Shown piece by piece: positions 62,999 to 64,000 of a stretch of DNA of 64,000 nt. Source of the DNA: Glycera tridactyla (lineage: Eukaryota); assembly GCA_965644265.1 (NCBI GenBank), contig OZ286459.1, positions 131,006,001-131,070,000 on the forward strand, read 5' to 3'. A program made the translations under genes and the position numbers. Position 1 is the stretch's first letter; each line of letters starts with the position of its first letter. The notes beneath the pieces are model-generated. The model searched no databases. It was not told where the DNA came from and saw only the letters and a program-made list of their open reading frames with translations.

Positions 62999-63708
62999 AG
63001 CCCACTTTACATAGGGCCGGCGACTGCTTGCGCTCGACTGCGTAGGCTGAACGCAGTCGAGTGCGAAGAGGAACGCGATGGAGCGCAGATGAGCAGCGAC
63101 GAGCACAATCGACTGCTAGTGGGCGCCTGGCTATTTCTGAGCGCCGTGGATATTTTGAGATGTTCAAAACTTCCGCGGTCGAGCGCGAGAAATTGATAGA
63201 AATGCAAGCAAAGCCGAGCAGGCGCGAGCAGGCACGAGCAGGCGCAAGCAGGCGCAAGCAGGCGCGAGCAGGCGCGGGGGAGCACAGTGGTGCCGCGGTC
63301 GGGCGCATTGAAGCGAGAAGGAGTGGTGACTGCTAGCTGTGCGCTCATCAGCGCCCGCTGGCGCCCTGCAACATTTGATGGCGCCCGCCTGTGCTCGACT
63401 GAGCGCAGACAGGCGCTATGGAGCGCGGGAACGAGCGCGGACATACACCTTGAAGCGCAGCTAGGCTTCAAGAAGTACGGGACTAAACAAGCAGGCGCGG
63501 CGAGTCGCCAGCGATAGCGTGATTCAACTACGCATTCAAGCACAGGCGGGCGCAGGCAGATGCAGGCGGGCGCGATAAGTCACGATGGAGAAGGGACAAG
63601 CACAAGAAAACGAAGAAAATGATCATTTTTACGTGCCCCACCGCGATTTTTCGTAGATTTCGAGCACGACCAGGCGCGTGACATCGCCGGGCCTATGTTA
63701 GGGTGGCT
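62999..63708. mobile_element. PIF/Harbinger-like MITE (710 bp, GC-rich)
   Basis: TIR AGCCCACTTTACATAGGGCCGGCGA (62999-63023) versus 63684-63708, 20/25 complementary; flanks TAA (62996-62998) and CAA (63709-63711); internal 10-bp gcaggcgcga tandem array near 63216-63275. Confidence 0.65.
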
Positions 63709-63711
63709 CAA

Positions 63712-64000
63712 GCTGCAGCATATTGATGGAAGAAGCGGTACAGCGATCGCGTGTACGCCCCGGTTGAAGTTGCAGTTGACAGACAATCCAGACTTGCAAA
63801 ATATTCTGCGTTATCGTTATGAACAGCCCGTTCCAGTAATTTACCAAGGGCAGAGAGGACGAAAATGGGTCTATAGGCATTTGGTACATTTCGTTGCTTG
63901 CCCTTAAGGATCGCAGTAATGATCCCGCGTTTCCAGTCTGTCGGGAATAAGGTCTTTGTAATCGATAGATTTAATATCTGAGCAACTATTCTTTTCAATC
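63712..64000 (-). mobile_element. Non-LTR (CR1/L2/Jockey-like) RT fragment
   Basis: FPTDWKRGIITAILKG...AYRPIFVLSALGKLLERAV matches the WK.A....K....NYRPIS.L....K..ER start of LINE RT; runs off the window; cut by the MITE. Confidence 0.8.

Noticed and set aside
62925-63543. Ala/Arg-rich ORFs on both strands
   Set aside because: By-product of the GC-rich MITE and its 10-bp tandem array.

Overview
Eukaryotic (animal, probably marine invertebrate) genomic DNA, repeat-rich, with seven N-gaps (17415-17577, 21588-21716, 22683-23126, 23370-23537, 24452-24594, 37247-37376, 38218-38607). The only clear host gene is the 3' part of a spliced trypsin-like S1A serine protease (+ strand, four exons, 31-4139, full His/Asp/Ser triad). 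The dominant feature is a complete, apparently very young tyrosine-recombinase (DIRS-order, Ngaro-like) retrotransposon on the - strand (46686-54045). It has split direct repeats A1-ORFs-B1-A2-B2, and an SGNH hydrolase ORF lies upstream of gag, RT/RNase H and YR. A splice donor exactly at the inner end of repeat A and an acceptor abutting the gag ATG place the whole hydrolase ORF inside a predicted intron, suggesting a splicing switch between hydrolase and Gag. One missing base in a T-run breaks RNase H. The rest is nested transposon debris: a CACTA-like element inside an RTE LINE, an Academ-like element inside a Ginger-like element, a Harbinger-like MITE at a LINE RT fragment, SINE-like tails, decayed LINE/Gypsy relics, minisatellites and microsatellites. 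Family assignments are from motif and terminus recognition by eye; no database search was run.
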